DNA of 64,000 bases from a bacterium. Lineage in GTDB: Bacteria > Krumholzibacteriota > Krumholzibacteriia > LZORAL124-64-63. The stretch is from positions 518,558 through 582,557 of the forward strand of contig JADJYS010000001.1 in NCBI GenBank assembly GCA_016719645.1, in the 5' to 3' direction. Below are positions 50,230-59,972 of this stretch, in pieces (position 1 is the stretch's first letter; each line of letters begins with the position of its first letter). The notes below the pieces were generated by a model that saw nothing but the letters and a program-made list of their open reading frames with translations, was not told the origin of the DNA and made no database searches. A program made the translations under genes and the position numbers.

Positions 50230-51081
50230 ATGGAGCCGCAGCCGAACCTCGAGGTCTTCGCCGCCCGCAAGCGCGCGGGGGAGCGGATCGTCATGGTCAC
50301 GGCCTACGACCTCGCTTCGGCGCAGATCGCCCGCGAGGCCGGGGTCGACGCGGTGCTGGTGGGCGACTCGCTGGGCATGGTCGTGCTGGGCCACGCGACC
50401 ACCCTGCCGGTGACCATCGACGACATGGTGCACCACACCGCGGCGGTCGTGCGCGCGCGGCCCGGCGTGCCGGTCGTCGCCGACATGCCCTACGGCAGCT
50501 TCCACGTCTCGCCCGACGACACGGTGCGCCACGCGATCCGCCTGGTGAAGGACGGCGGCGCGACGGCGGTCAAGGTCGAGGGCGGGCGCGCCCGCGCCGC
50601 GATCCTGGCGGCCCTGCTGGCGGCGGAGATCCCGGTCATGGGTCACCTGGGCCTCACGCCGCAGTCGGTGCACCGCTTCGGCGGCTTCAAGGTGCAGGGC
50701 CGCGGGCAGGACGCCGCCGCGCGACTGCTGGACGAGGCCGCGTTCCTGGAGCAGGCCGGCTGCTTCGCCATGGTGCTGGAGTGCATCCCGGCGGAACTGG
50801 CCGCGCGCGTCACCGCCGCCGTCGGGATCCCGACCATCGGCATCGGCGCGGGCCCCGGCTGCGACGGCCAGATCCTGGTCTTCCACGACCTGCTGGGTCT
50901 GTACCGGGGCCGCCGCCCGCGCTTCGTCAAGGCCTACGCCGACCTGGGCGACGCGGCCGCGGCCGCCGTCCGCCGCTACGCCGAGGAGGTGCGCGGCGGG
51001 GTCTTCCCGGCGGCCGAGCACTGCTTCCACGACGCGCCGGACGAGGACCCGGACCCGGCCCGTCGCGCCGGGAAGGGTTGA
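50230..51081 (+). CDS. panB: 3-methyl-2-oxobutanoate hydroxymethyltransferase
   Basis: IVMVTAYDLASAQIAREAGVDAVLVGDSLGMVVLG ... ADMPYGS are PanB signatures. Confidence 0.9.
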   Translation: MEPQPNLEVFAARKRAGERIVMVTAYDLASAQIAREAGVDAVLVGDSLGMVVLGHATTLPVTIDDMVHHTAAVVRARPGVPVVADMPYGSFHVSPDDTVRHAIRLVKDGGATAVKVEGGRARAAILAALLAAEIPVMGHLGLTPQSVHRFGGFKVQGRGQDAAARLLDEAAFLEQAGCFAMVLECIPAELAARVTAAVGIPTIGIGAGPGCDGQILVFHDLLGLYRGRRPRFVKAYADLGDAAAAAVRRYAEEVRGGVFPAAEHCFHDAPDEDPDPARRAGKG

Positions 51082-51085
51082 GGGC

Positions 51086-51962
51086 GTGGAACTGCTGCGG
51101 ACCAGGGCCGACCTCGCGCGGCTCGCTCCCCTGAGATCCGGCGGCCGGCTGGTGCTGGTGCCCACCATGGGCGCGCTGCACGCGGGCCACCTGTCCCTGG
51201 TCGAGAAGGCCGCCGAGCTCGGGCCGGTCGTGGTGTCGATCTTCGTCAACCCGACCCAGTTCGCGCCGGGCGAGGACTTCGGGCGCTACCCCCGCGACCT
51301 GGAGCGCGACCTGGACCTGCTGCGCCCGCTGGCGCCCGCCGCCGTCTTCGCGCCCCCGGTGTCGGAGATGTACCCGCACCCGGCCGGCGCGGCCGTCGAG
51401 CCCGGCCCCCGGGCGGCCGGCCTGTGCGGCGCGCGCCGCCCCGGGCACTTCCGCGGCGTCGCGACGGTGGTGGTCAAGCTGCTGAACCTGGTCGGGCCCG
51501 CGACGGCGGTGTTCGGCCGCAAGGACGCCCAGCAGTGCCTGGTGCTGGACGAGGTCGTGCGCGACCTCGACCTGCCGGTGCGGCTGATCGACGCGCCCAC
51601 CCTGCGCGAGCCCGACGGCCTGGCCATGTCTTCGCGCAACCGCTACCTGGAAGGCGACGACCGCCGGCGCGCAACATGCCTCTCGCGGGCCCTGCAGGCG
51701 GCGCGGCGCGAGCTGGAGGCGGGCGAGCGCGCCGTCGCCGCTCGAGGACCTGCTGGCCCTGCACCTCGCCGACGCCGACGTCGTGGAGTACGCCGAGGTG
51801 CGCCGCGTGCCCGACCTGTCCCGCCCGCCGCGGGCCGAGGGCCGGCTGCTGCTGGCGATCGCGGCCCGCGTCGGGCCGGCGCGCCTCATCGACAACCTGG
51901 TCCTGGACGTCGGCCCGCGCGAGGTGCGCGCGGCGTCCCTGCTCGAAGGAGGACAACCGTGA
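51086..51962 (+). pseudogene. panC: Pantoate--beta-alanine ligase with apparent +1 frameshift near 51738-51745
   Basis: The N-terminal 218 aa (VLVPTMGALHAGHLSLV ... GHFRGVATVV ... MSSRNRYL) are in one frame. The conserved C-terminus (LEDLLALHLADADVVEYAEV ... LLLAIAARVGPARLIDN) is in the next frame and ends at 51962. The listed 539-aa ORF is a read-through fusion artefact. Confidence 0.6.
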
Positions 51963-52705
51963 CCGACGCTGCGCCCGCCCTGCAGGCCGTCGTCCTGGCC
52001 GCCGGCAAGGGCACCCGCATGAAGTCCGACCTGCCGAAGGTGCTGCACCGCATCGGCGGGCGCACCCTGCTGGACCACGTGCTGGGCGCGGTGCGCGCCG
52101 CGGGCGTGCCCCGCACGGTGGTCGTCGTGGGCCACGAGGCCGAACTGGTGGAGGAGTCCTGCCGGGCGCCCGACGTGGCCTTCGCCCTGCAGCGGCCCCA
52201 GCTCGGCACCGGCCACGCCGTGCAGGTCGCCGTGCCGGGCCTGGCCGCCGACGGCTGGACCCTGGTCCTGGCCGGCGACGTGCCGCTGCTGCGGCCGGCC
52301 ACGCTGCGGCGCCTGGTCGACGCGACGGTCGCGGCGCGGGCGAGCGCCTCGGTGCTGACCTGCGTGGTCGCGGACGCCGGCGCCTACGGCCGCATCGTCA
52401 AGGACGCGGCGGGCCGCCTGCAGCGCATCGTGGAGGCCCGCGACGCGTCGCCTGCGGAGCTGGCGATCGGGGAGTACAACACGGGCGTCTTCTGCTTCCG
52501 GACCGCGGACCTGGTCGCGGCGCTGGCCAAGCTGCGGGCGGACAACGACCAGTCCGAGTACTACCTCACCGACACGATCGCCCACCTGGTGGCCGACGGC
52601 CGCGCGGTGCAGGCCGTGGCCATCGACGACCCCGACGAGGTGGTCGGCATCAACACCGTCGACGAGCTGGCGGCGGCCGAGGCGCTGCTGCGCCGCCGCG
52701 GCTGA
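51959..52705 (+). CDS. GlmU-type N-acetylglucosamine-1-phosphate uridyltransferase domain, stand-alone (no LbH acetyltransferase domain)
   Basis: VVLAAGKGTRMKSDLPKVLH matches the GlmU N-terminal signature. It is 249 aa and ends at a stop; a HIT gene follows 14 nt later. GTG overlaps the panC stop. Confidence 0.7.
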   Translation: MTDAAPALQAVVLAAGKGTRMKSDLPKVLHRIGGRTLLDHVLGAVRAAGVPRTVVVVGHEAELVEESCRAPDVAFALQRPQLGTGHAVQVAVPGLAADGWTLVLAGDVPLLRPATLRRLVDATVAARASASVLTCVVADAGAYGRIVKDAAGRLQRIVEARDASPAELAIGEYNTGVFCFRTADLVAALAKLRADNDQSEYYLTDTIAHLVADGRAVQAVAIDDPDEVVGINTVDELAAAEALLRRRG

Positions 52706-52718
52706 GGGGGGTGCGCCG

Positions 52719-53223
52719 ATGGACCGTCTGTTCACGCCCTGGCGCCTGGACTACGTCCGCCAGGGCGAGCACCGGGGCGACGACTGCGTGTTCTGCGCCT
52801 GCCAGGGACGGCAGCGACGAGCAGGAGTACATCCTGCACCGCTCGCGCCACTGGTTCGCGATCCTCAACCGCTACCCCTACAACGGCGGCCACCTGCTGC
52901 TGGTGTGCAACGAGCACGTCGGCGGGCTGACGGCCTGCGCGCCGGAGGCGGTGACCGACCTGGCGCGGCTGCTCGCGGCCGCGGAGCAGGCGGTGCGCGA
53001 GGTCTACCAGCCCCACGGGGTCAACGCCGGCTACAACGGCGGCGCGGCCGCCGGCGCGGGCATCCCCGGCCACTTCCACGTCCACCTGCTGCCGCGCTGG
53101 CGGGCGGACACCAACTTCATGACCGTCGTCGGCGACGCGCGCGTGATCCCCGAGACCCTCGACCAGACCTACGCCGCCCTGCGGCCGGCCCTGGCGCGGG
53201 CGCTGGCCGGCACGGGGCTCTAG
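52719..53223 (+). pseudogene. HIT-family (histidine triad) hydrolase with apparent +1 frameshift near 52797-52803
   Basis: The N-terminus (MDRLFTPWRLDYV ... DCVFCA) is in frame A. The remainder (DEQEYILHRSRHWFAILNRYPYNGGHLLLV ... GIPGHFHVHLLPR, the HxHxH triad) is in frame B and ends at 53223. Confidence 0.55.
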
Positions 53224-53321
53224 GCCGGCCGCGCGCTGCGATTCCCGTTGGTTTCGCGGGGGGGACGGGGTATATTGCTCCCCACGCGGCGGGCATCGGA
53301 TCGGGCCAGGGGAGGGCACGG

Positions 53322-53585
53322 ATGCGCAAGTCGATGGGAACGGTGCTGCTCACCCTGTTCCTGGGTATCTTGATCGGCGCCATCTTCAGCGAGATCATCG
53401 GCCTCTTCCTGGAAGAGGGCTCGGTGGCCCACCAGCTGTTCGTGCGTTCGATCGACTTCGGGCCCGAGCTGAACCAGTGGGACCTGGTGATCCTGGAGAT
53501 CGCCTTCGGCTTCAAGCTGCACTTCAACTTCATGAGCCTGGTCGGCGTGTTCGTGGCCTCGCAGATGCTGCGCTGGTACCGCTGA
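53322..53585 (+). CDS. Small membrane protein, DUF4321-like
   Basis: ATG after GGAGGG. Two hydrophobic helices (VLLTLFLGILIGAIF; LVILEIAFGF ... LVGVFVA). 87 aa. Confidence 0.5.
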   Translation: MRKSMGTVLLTLFLGILIGAIFSEIIGLFLEEGSVAHQLFVRSIDFGPELNQWDLVILEIAFGFKLHFNFMSLVGVFVASQMLRWYR

Positions 53586-53603
53586 CCGATCGGAGGGTGG
53601 GAC

Positions 53604-53873
53604 ATGGCACCGTTCCTCGCCGTCTTCGGCGGCATCGGCTGGGGCGAACTGCTGATCATCGCGTTCGTCGTCCTGATGGTCTTCGGACCCAAGCGCCTGC
53701 CCGAGATCGCCGAGGCGCTGGGCTCCTCGGTCAAGAAGTTCCGCCGCGCCACCCAGGACGCCAAGGACGAGGTCAAGCGCGAGATCGACGTCGCCCGCGC
53801 GGAGACGCCCCGCAGCGAGCCGCCCCGCGCCGACGCCGGCAACGGCGGCTCCGCGCCGCCCAAGGACAACTGA
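53604..53873 (+). CDS. tatA: Sec-independent protein translocase TatA/E
   Basis: GGIGWGELLIIAFVVLMVFGPKRLPEIAEALG matches the TatA TM plus amphipathic helix signature. Confidence 0.9.
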   Translation: MAPFLAVFGGIGWGELLIIAFVVLMVFGPKRLPEIAEALGSSVKKFRRATQDAKDEVKREIDVARAETPRSEPPRADAGNGGSAPPKDN

Positions 53874-53946
53874 CCGCCCGCGGCCGCGCTCCGGAGGCAA
53901 CCGTCGTGATGAGGGAACCGGCAGGCGGCGCCGCTCGGCGGGCGCC

Positions 53947-56220
53947 GTGAACCTGGCGCAGCTGCTCGACCGGCTCCGCGCCGACCCGGCCTTCCTGGAC
54001 AACGTCACCCGCTGGGAAACGCTGCCGCCCCGCCCCGCGCGCACCGCCGACTTCCCCGAGAGCCTGCACCCGCGCCTGGTCGCGACGCTGCGGGAGCGCG
54101 GCATCCCCGCCCTCTACACCCACCAGGCCGAAGCCGTGCGCGCCGCCGCCGCGGGCGAGCCCTTCGTCGTGGTCACGCCCACGGCCTCCGGCAAGACGAT
54201 GTGCTACAACCTGCCGGTGCTGGACACGATCCTGCGCGACCCGCAGGCCCGCGCCCTCTACCTCTTCCCGACCAAGGCGCTGAGCCAGGACCAGATGCAC
54301 GAGGTCCACGGCGTGATCACCGACCTCGGCGCCGACATCCGGACCTACACCTTCGACGGCGACACGCCCGAGACGGCCCGCCGCGCGATCCGCAGCAGCG
54401 GCCACATCGTGGTCACGAACCCGGACATGCTGCACCAGGGCGTCCTGCCGCACCACACCCTGTGGGTCAAGCTCTTCGAGAACCTGCGCTACGTGGTCGT
54501 GGACGAGGTCCACCACTACCGCGGCGTGTTCGGCAGCCACGTGGCGAACGTGCTGCGCCGGCTGCGCCGCATCGCCCGCTTCTACGGCGCCGACCCGCTG
54601 TTCATCGGCTGCTCGGCGACCATCGCCAACCCCGGCGAGCTGGCGGCCCAGCTGGCCGGCGGCCCGGTGCGCGTCATCGACGACAACGGCGCGCCGCAGG
54701 GGGAGAAGCACGTCATCTTCTACAACCCGCCGGTGGTCAACCGCGAGCTCGGGATCCGCCGCTCGGCCGTCAAGGAGACCCGCGCGCTGGCCGAGCGCTT
54801 CCTGGCCGCCGACGCCCAGATGATCGTGTTCGCCCGCTCCCGCACGCGCGTCGAGCTGCTGCTGACCTACCTGGCGCGGGCGGGCCGCCGCACCGGCATC
54901 CGCAGCGGCGAGGTGCGCGGCTACCGCGGCGGCTACCTGCCCACCGAGCGGCGCGCCATCGAGCAGGGCCTGCGCGACGGGACGGTGCGGGCGGTCGTCA
55001 GCACCAACGCCCTGGAGCTGGGCATCGACATCGGGCGGCTGGACGTGTGCGTGATGTGCGGCTACGCCGGCACGGTGGCCAGCACCTGGCAGCAGGCCGG
55101 CCGCGCCGGGCGCAGCCAGAACCTGTCGGTGGCCGTGCTGGTCGCCACCAGCAGCCCCCTGGACCAGTACGTGGTGGCCAACCCCGAGTGGTTCTTCGCC
55201 CGCGCGCCCGAGAGCGCGGCCGTCGACCCCGACAACCTCGTGATCCTGGTCAGCCACCTCAAGTGCGCGGCCTTCGAGCTGCCCTTCGACGCGGGCGAGC
55301 AGTTCGGCGGCCGCGACGTCGGCGAGATCCTGGACTACCTCGCCGAGCAGGGGATCCTGCACCGCGACGCCGCCCGCTACCACTGGATGGCCGAGACGTA
55401 CCCCGCCGAGGACGTCAGCCTGCGCAGCGCCGCGCCGGAGAACGTCGTGATCATCGACGCGGACCAGCCCCGCGGCCTGGTCATCGGCGAGATGGACCTG
55501 TTCGGGGCCCAGGAGATGCTCCACGACGAGGCGGTCTACATCCACGGCGGGCGGCAGTACCACGTCGACAAGCTCGACTGGGAGCGGCGCAAGGCCTACG
55601 TCAAGCCCGTCCAGGTCGACTACTACACCGACGCCCAGCGCAAGACCGAGCTGCGCACGCTCAGCGACGACGAGTCGCTGGACGCGCCGTACGGGCGCAA
55701 GGGGCTCGGGGAGATCGGGCTGGTGAGCAAGGTCACGGTCTACAAGAAGATCAAGCTGGGCACCCACGAGAACGTGGGCGCCGGGCGCGTGCACCTGCCG
55801 GAGATGGAGCTGCACACCACGAGCTTCTGGTGGGAACTGCCCGCCGACGCGCACGCCTGGCTCGCGGAGTCGCGCCTGGACCTGGGCGACGCCCTGAAGG
55901 GCCTGGCGCACCTGCTCGGGCACGTCGCGCCGGCGTTCATCATGGCCGACCCCTCGGACATCCACGCCCTGCCGATGGTCAAGTCGCCGTTCACCGACCG
56001 GCCGACCCTGCACCTCTACGACGCCTACCCCGGCGGCGTCGGCTACGCCCGCCGCATCTTCCTGCAGTTCGACGAGATCACGGCCGCGGCCCTGCGCCAC
56101 CTCGACCGCTGCGGCTGCGGGCACGGCTGCCCGGCCTGCGTCGGCGTGCCGGCCGACGCCGGCGCGACCGCGCGCGAGGGCGCCCGCCGCCTGCTGGTCG
56201 CGGCCTCGCCGGCGGGTTGA
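53947..56220 (+). CDS. DEAD/DEAH-box helicase with C-terminal DUF1998 zinc domain (MrfA/YprA-like)
   Basis: Motif I TPTASGKT, motif II VVVDEVHHY, motif VI QQAGRAGR. The C-terminus has RCGCGHGCPACVG (Cys cluster), as in the DUF1998 domain of B. subtilis MrfA. Confidence 0.75.
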   Translation: MNLAQLLDRLRADPAFLDNVTRWETLPPRPARTADFPESLHPRLVATLRERGIPALYTHQAEAVRAAAAGEPFVVVTPTASGKTMCYNLPVLDTILRDPQARALYLFPTKALSQDQMHEVHGVITDLGADIRTYTFDGDTPETARRAIRSSGHIVVTNPDMLHQGVLPHHTLWVKLFENLRYVVVDEVHHYRGVFGSHVANVLRRLRRIARFYGADPLFIGCSATIANPGELAAQLAGGPVRVIDDNGAPQGEKHVIFYNPPVVNRELGIRRSAVKETRALAERFLAADAQMIVFARSRTRVELLLTYLARAGRRTGIRSGEVRGYRGGYLPTERRAIEQGLRDGTVRAVVSTNALELGIDIGRLDVCVMCGYAGTVASTWQQAGRAGRSQNLSVAVLVATSSPLDQYVVANPEWFFARAPESAAVDPDNLVILVSHLKCAAFELPFDAGEQFGGRDVGEILDYLAEQGILHRDAARYHWMAETYPAEDVSLRSAAPENVVIIDADQPRGLVIGEMDLFGAQEMLHDEAVYIHGGRQYHVDKLDWERRKAYVKPVQVDYYTDAQRKTELRTLSDDESLDAPYGRKGLGEIGLVSKVTVYKKIKLGTHENVGAGRVHLPEMELHTTSFWWELPADAHAWLAESRLDLGDALKGLAHLLGHVAPAFIMADPSDIHALPMVKSPFTDRPTLHLYDAYPGGVGYARRIFLQFDEITAAALRHLDRCGCGHGCPACVGVPADAGATAREGARRLLVAASPAG

Positions 56221-56221
56221 C

Positions 56222-57388
56222 GTGGACCTGCGCAGCCGTCTGGCCCGCTTCGAGCCCCTGCACAAGCCCCGCGACGACGACCGCGCCCCGAACCCGCCCG
56301 ACGAGGCGGCCCTGGCGGCCCTGGGTTTCGCGACGGAAGCGACGGCTGCGGGCCCCGTCTGCCTGCGCTCGGCCCTGGTTCGGGTCGCACCACCGGGTTC
56401 CCTCGCGCCGTTGGCCCGGGTCCTGACCGCGCCGGTCCCGGCGGACGTCCCCGCCGGCGGCATCCTGCTGCTGGACACCGAGACCACCGGGCTGTCCGGC
56501 GGCACGGGCACCCTGGCCTTCCTGGTGGGGACCGCCTGGTGGGACGGGGACGGCCTGCGCGTCCGGCAGTACCTGCTGACCTCGCCGTCGGCCGAGGACG
56601 CGCTGCTCGGAAGCCTGGCGGAGCTCGCGGCCCGCTTCGCGGTGGTGGTGACCTACAACGGCCAGACCTTCGACCTGCCGCTGCTGCGCACCCGCGGCAT
56701 CCTGTGCCGGCGGCGCGGCCTGCTGGACGAACTCGCCGGCCTGGACCTGCTGCCGGTGGCGCGCCGTCTCTGGGGCCGCCGGCTGCCGGACTGCCGCCAG
56801 GCGACCGTCGAGTCCGAAGCCGGCTGCACCCACCGCGGCGCGGACGACATCCCCGGCCACCTGATCCCGGCCGCCTGGTGGAACTTCGTGCGCCGCGGCG
56901 AGACCGGGACCCTGCGCGAGGTCTGCGAGCACAACCTCTGGGACCTGCAGGGCATGGCCGCGATCCTCGACGCGGCCATCGTGCGTTCGCGCCTTCTGGA
57001 CGAGCAGCCCACGCCGCGGTCGTTGCCCTGGCAGGACGCCTGGTCCCTGGCGCGCCTCTGCGAGCGACGGTCCGTCGCGCCGGGGGAGGGCCGGACCGCC
57101 GCCGCGGCCTGGATCGCCGCCGCGCTGTCCGACGCGGCCCGGCAGGAGGCGCCGCCGCGCTTCTACGCGGACGCCGTCCGGATCCTCAAGCGGGTGCGCG
57201 ACTGGGAGCGCGTCGGCGCGCTGCTGGCGGAGTGCGCGGAGCGGCACGGGCCCCTGCCCTGGGCCCACCTCGAGGCGGCGATCCTCTACGAACACCGGCT
57301 GGGCGACCCCCGCCGGGCGCTGGCGCACGCGCTGGAGCTGGGCGACGAGCACCGCGCCGCGCGGCTGCGCGCCCGGCTCGGCGATTGA
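56222..57388 (+). CDS. RNase H-like/DnaQ-type exonuclease domain protein (MrfB/YprB-like)
   Basis: GTG start 2 nt after the helicase stop. LLLDTETTGLSGGTG (Exo I motif) ... VTYNGQTFDLPLL ... C-terminal helical/TPR-like tail. Confidence 0.6.
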   Translation: MDLRSRLARFEPLHKPRDDDRAPNPPDEAALAALGFATEATAAGPVCLRSALVRVAPPGSLAPLARVLTAPVPADVPAGGILLLDTETTGLSGGTGTLAFLVGTAWWDGDGLRVRQYLLTSPSAEDALLGSLAELAARFAVVVTYNGQTFDLPLLRTRGILCRRRGLLDELAGLDLLPVARRLWGRRLPDCRQATVESEAGCTHRGADDIPGHLIPAAWWNFVRRGETGTLREVCEHNLWDLQGMAAILDAAIVRSRLLDEQPTPRSLPWQDAWSLARLCERRSVAPGEGRTAAAAWIAAALSDAARQEAPPRFYADAVRILKRVRDWERVGALLAECAERHGPLPWAHLEAAILYEHRLGDPRRALAHALELGDEHRAARLRARLGD

Positions 57389-57470
57389 ACCCGGCCGCAG
57401 GCGACGACGGGGTTGCGCGGTGCGGGCGCCGGCGTCATCATGGCGGCGGACAAACGGAAGGGAGGTCGCC

Positions 57471-57902
57471 GTGGCCCACGTGACCCGCGACGAAGGACAT
57501 CTGGTGGTGGCGGCCGTGCGCGTGCTGTCCCACCTCAACGGCGGCTCGCCGACGCCGGAGCAGACCGCCGAGCTGCTGGGCTGGGCGCCGGAGGCCCTGC
57601 GCCTGAAGGTGTCGGCCCTGCACGAGCTGGGCGTGCTGCACCTGGTGTCCAGCGCCTACGAGAACCACCTGGAGATCCGCGACCACCTGCTGCTCGAACA
57701 GCTGGACCAGGAGCAGGGCGGCGCCATGAGCGAGGCCCTGGCCGAGTTCGAGCAGCGCAAGCGCGAAGAGGCCGAGCGGATGAGCCGCCTGTTCGCGGAC
57801 GGCGACCACGACCGCAAGCAGCAGGAGAAGCTCAAGGGGATGGGCGAGGGGCTGCTGAAGTTCGAACGCGGCAAGCCCCGCAACCCCTTCGACGACGGCT
57901 GA
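57471..57902 (+). CDS. Hypothetical protein with C-terminal charged coiled coil
   Basis: GTG start after GGGAGG. No domain recognised. The C-terminus is EQRKREEAERMSRLFADGDHDRKQQEKLK. Confidence 0.4.
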   Translation: MAHVTRDEGHLVVAAVRVLSHLNGGSPTPEQTAELLGWAPEALRLKVSALHELGVLHLVSSAYENHLEIRDHLLLEQLDQEQGGAMSEALAEFEQRKREEAERMSRLFADGDHDRKQQEKLKGMGEGLLKFERGKPRNPFDDG

Positions 57903-57985
57903 TTCCCGCCGCGCTCACGCAGAAGGGCCCCGGTCGCCTGGCAGCGGCGACCGGGGCCCTTCTCGTCGTCGGAGCGGTGCGGAGG

Positions 57986-59779
57986 TCAGTTCAGCAGCGC
58001 CGACCGGTTGTCCTCGATCTCGGCCTTCTCCAGCCGCTCCTGGTACCAGGCGTCGATGACTTCCTGCTGCTTGCGGCCGAGCACGCTCTGCTCGAGCGCC
58101 GGCCGCTGCGCCAGGAAGCCCATCTCGTCGAAGGCCGTGCGCCAGAGCACGCGCAGGGCGTACAGGCCGCGGTTCGTGTCCACCCGGGGCACCAGCGAGC
58201 CGATCGGGTTGGCGAAGGCCGCCTTGTTGAAATCGGTGTTGTAGCCGATCCCGCTCACGTTGCCCGTGGCGGTGAAGGTGTCGGTCACGGCGTGGGCGAG
58301 GCCGTACTGCGTCGCGACCTCGGCGAAGGTGCGCCCGCTGTTCAAGGCGGCCACGGCGGGGGTCAGCTTCGCGTCCGCCAGGACCAGCTTCTTCTCGCGG
58401 GTCACCTTCACGACGATCTGCGGCTGGACGTCGGCCAGGGGGGCGGGGCCGGCCGGCAGGATGCCGGTGTTCGCGACCACGTAGTAGGAGTCCTCGCCGC
58501 CCAGGACGCGGCTGATGTCGCCGGGCTTCGACGAGAAGGCGAACTGCGTGCCCGACACGGTGTTCTGGTAGCCGGGGATGTCGCGGCCCTCGCGGCAGGG
58601 GCGCGGCGTCTGCACGGCCAGCCCGGCCGCGGCCGCGGCCGCGGCGAAGCCCTTGTCCAGGGCGTTCTGGCGGAAGGTCTCGGCCTTCTCGTAGAGGGAG
58701 GCGGCGGTGTCGGCGCCGGGCGTGACCTTGAACAGGATGTGGCGGGCGCGGACCTGGTCCGCCGCCGGGCGCTCGAGCACCTCGATCAGGTGGTAGCCGA
58801 ACTGCGTCTTGACCGGGGCGCTGATCTCGCCGACGGGCAGGGCGAAGGCGGCGTTGGTGAACTCCGGGACCATGCGGGCGCGGTCGAAGCTGCCCAGGTC
58901 GCCGCCGTTGGCCTTCGAGCCCTCGTCCTCGGAGTAGAGGGCGGCCGCGCGGGTGAAGTCGATCTCGCCGGAGAGGATCTCCTGGCGCACCTCGCCGGCC
59001 ATGGTGCGCACCTCGGCGTCGTCCGCCTCGCTGGGCTCGATCGGCAGCTGGACCAGCTGGACGTTGACCCGCTTGGGCTCCTCGAACTCGTCGGGGTGGG
59101 CGGCGTAGTAGGCCGCGATCTCCGCGTCGGTGGGCTGGACGGCCAGCGTCAGGTCGCTCAGCGTGACGCCGGCGTACTCGGCGACGGCGCGCCCGGTCTG
59201 GCGGGTGAACTCCTCGCGCAGCTCCGACTCGCTGACGGTGGCGTCGGCGGCGAGGGCTTCCATCAGGCGCTGCTGCGGGATCGCCGTGCGCAGGTAGTTG
59301 CGCAGGCCGTCGAGGTTGAAGTTCGGATCCTCGAGGGCCCGGCGGTAGGCGGCCTGGTTGAACACGCCCGTGCTGTCGGTGAACTGGGCGCGCAGCTCCA
59401 GCGGCGGGTCGTTCCAGATGAGGTCCTCGAGCGCCTTGTCGCTGAGCCCGAGGCCGCGCTCCTCGATCTCCATGTTCGCCAGCTTGAAGCGCAGCAGCGA
59501 CTGCCAGACGGTCTCCGCGGCGACGGCTTCCTGGTTCGCCGTCAGCGCGGCGCCGCCGTACTGCTGGCGCATCTGGGCGAGGTACCCGCGGTACGCGTCG
59601 TCCCACTCGCTGACCGAGATCTTCTCGCCGTTGATCTTGCCCAGCACCTGCGGCGCGGAGCCGCCGCCCATGTTGGTGTCGTTGCACTGGGCGCCCCACA
59701 CCACGAAGGTGAACAGGATGAAGCTGATGGCGATGATCCAGTAGAAGAACTTCGCCCGGGACCGCAGAAGCTGGAACAT
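57986..59779 (-). CDS. ppiD: Periplasmic chaperone PpiD (SurA-N domain + parvulin domain)
   Basis: ATG at 59779 with AGGAGAT upstream. N-terminal TM anchor ([19 protein letters not shown]). Parvulin region ARHILFKV ... [11 protein letters not shown]. Confidence 0.8.
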   Translation of the reverse strand: MFQLLRSRAKFFYWIIAISFILFTFVVWGAQCNDTNMGGGSAPQVLGKINGEKISVSEWDDAYRGYLAQMRQQYGGAALTANQEAVAAETVWQSLLRFKLANMEIEERGLGLSDKALEDLIWNDPPLELRAQFTDSTGVFNQAAYRRALEDPNFNLDGLRNYLRTAIPQQRLMEALAADATVSESELREEFTRQTGRAVAEYAGVTLSDLTLAVQPTDAEIAAYYAAHPDEFEEPKRVNVQLVQLPIEPSEADDAEVRTMAGEVRQEILSGEIDFTRAAALYSEDEGSKANGGDLGSFDRARMVPEFTNAAFALPVGEISAPVKTQFGYHLIEVLERPAADQVRARHILFKVTPGADTAASLYEKAETFRQNALDKGFAAAAAAAGLAVQTPRPCREGRDIPGYQNTVSGTQFAFSSKPGDISRVLGGEDSYYVVANTGILPAGPAPLADVQPQIVVKVTREKKLVLADAKLTPAVAALNSGRTFAEVATQYGLAHAVTDTFTATGNVSGIGYNTDFNKAAFANPIGSLVPRVDTNRGLYALRVLWRTAFDEMGFLAQRPALEQSVLGRKQQEVIDAWYQERLEKAEIEDNRSALLN

Positions 59780-59972
59780 CGTGGATCTCCTGGTAGCGGA
59801 ACGACGGTGAGCGGCGCGACCCGACCGCCGGCCCCGGGCAACGGGGCGGCTCGACGGGATGGCACGAATCCGGAAATCTAGCACGGCGGGGCGTCACGGG
59901 CCAGGAAAAACGCGGTTGCTGGACAGCGCCGCCGGCCGCTGCTACCGTTGCGGCCCGCATCCGGAGGTGGAG

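Noticed and set aside
51086-52705. 539-aa ORF that looks like a PanC-GlmU fusion protein
   Set aside because: It is a read-through created by the panC frameshift. The conserved PanC C-terminus is in the +1 frame and stops at 51962, where the glmU-like gene starts at GTG 51959.
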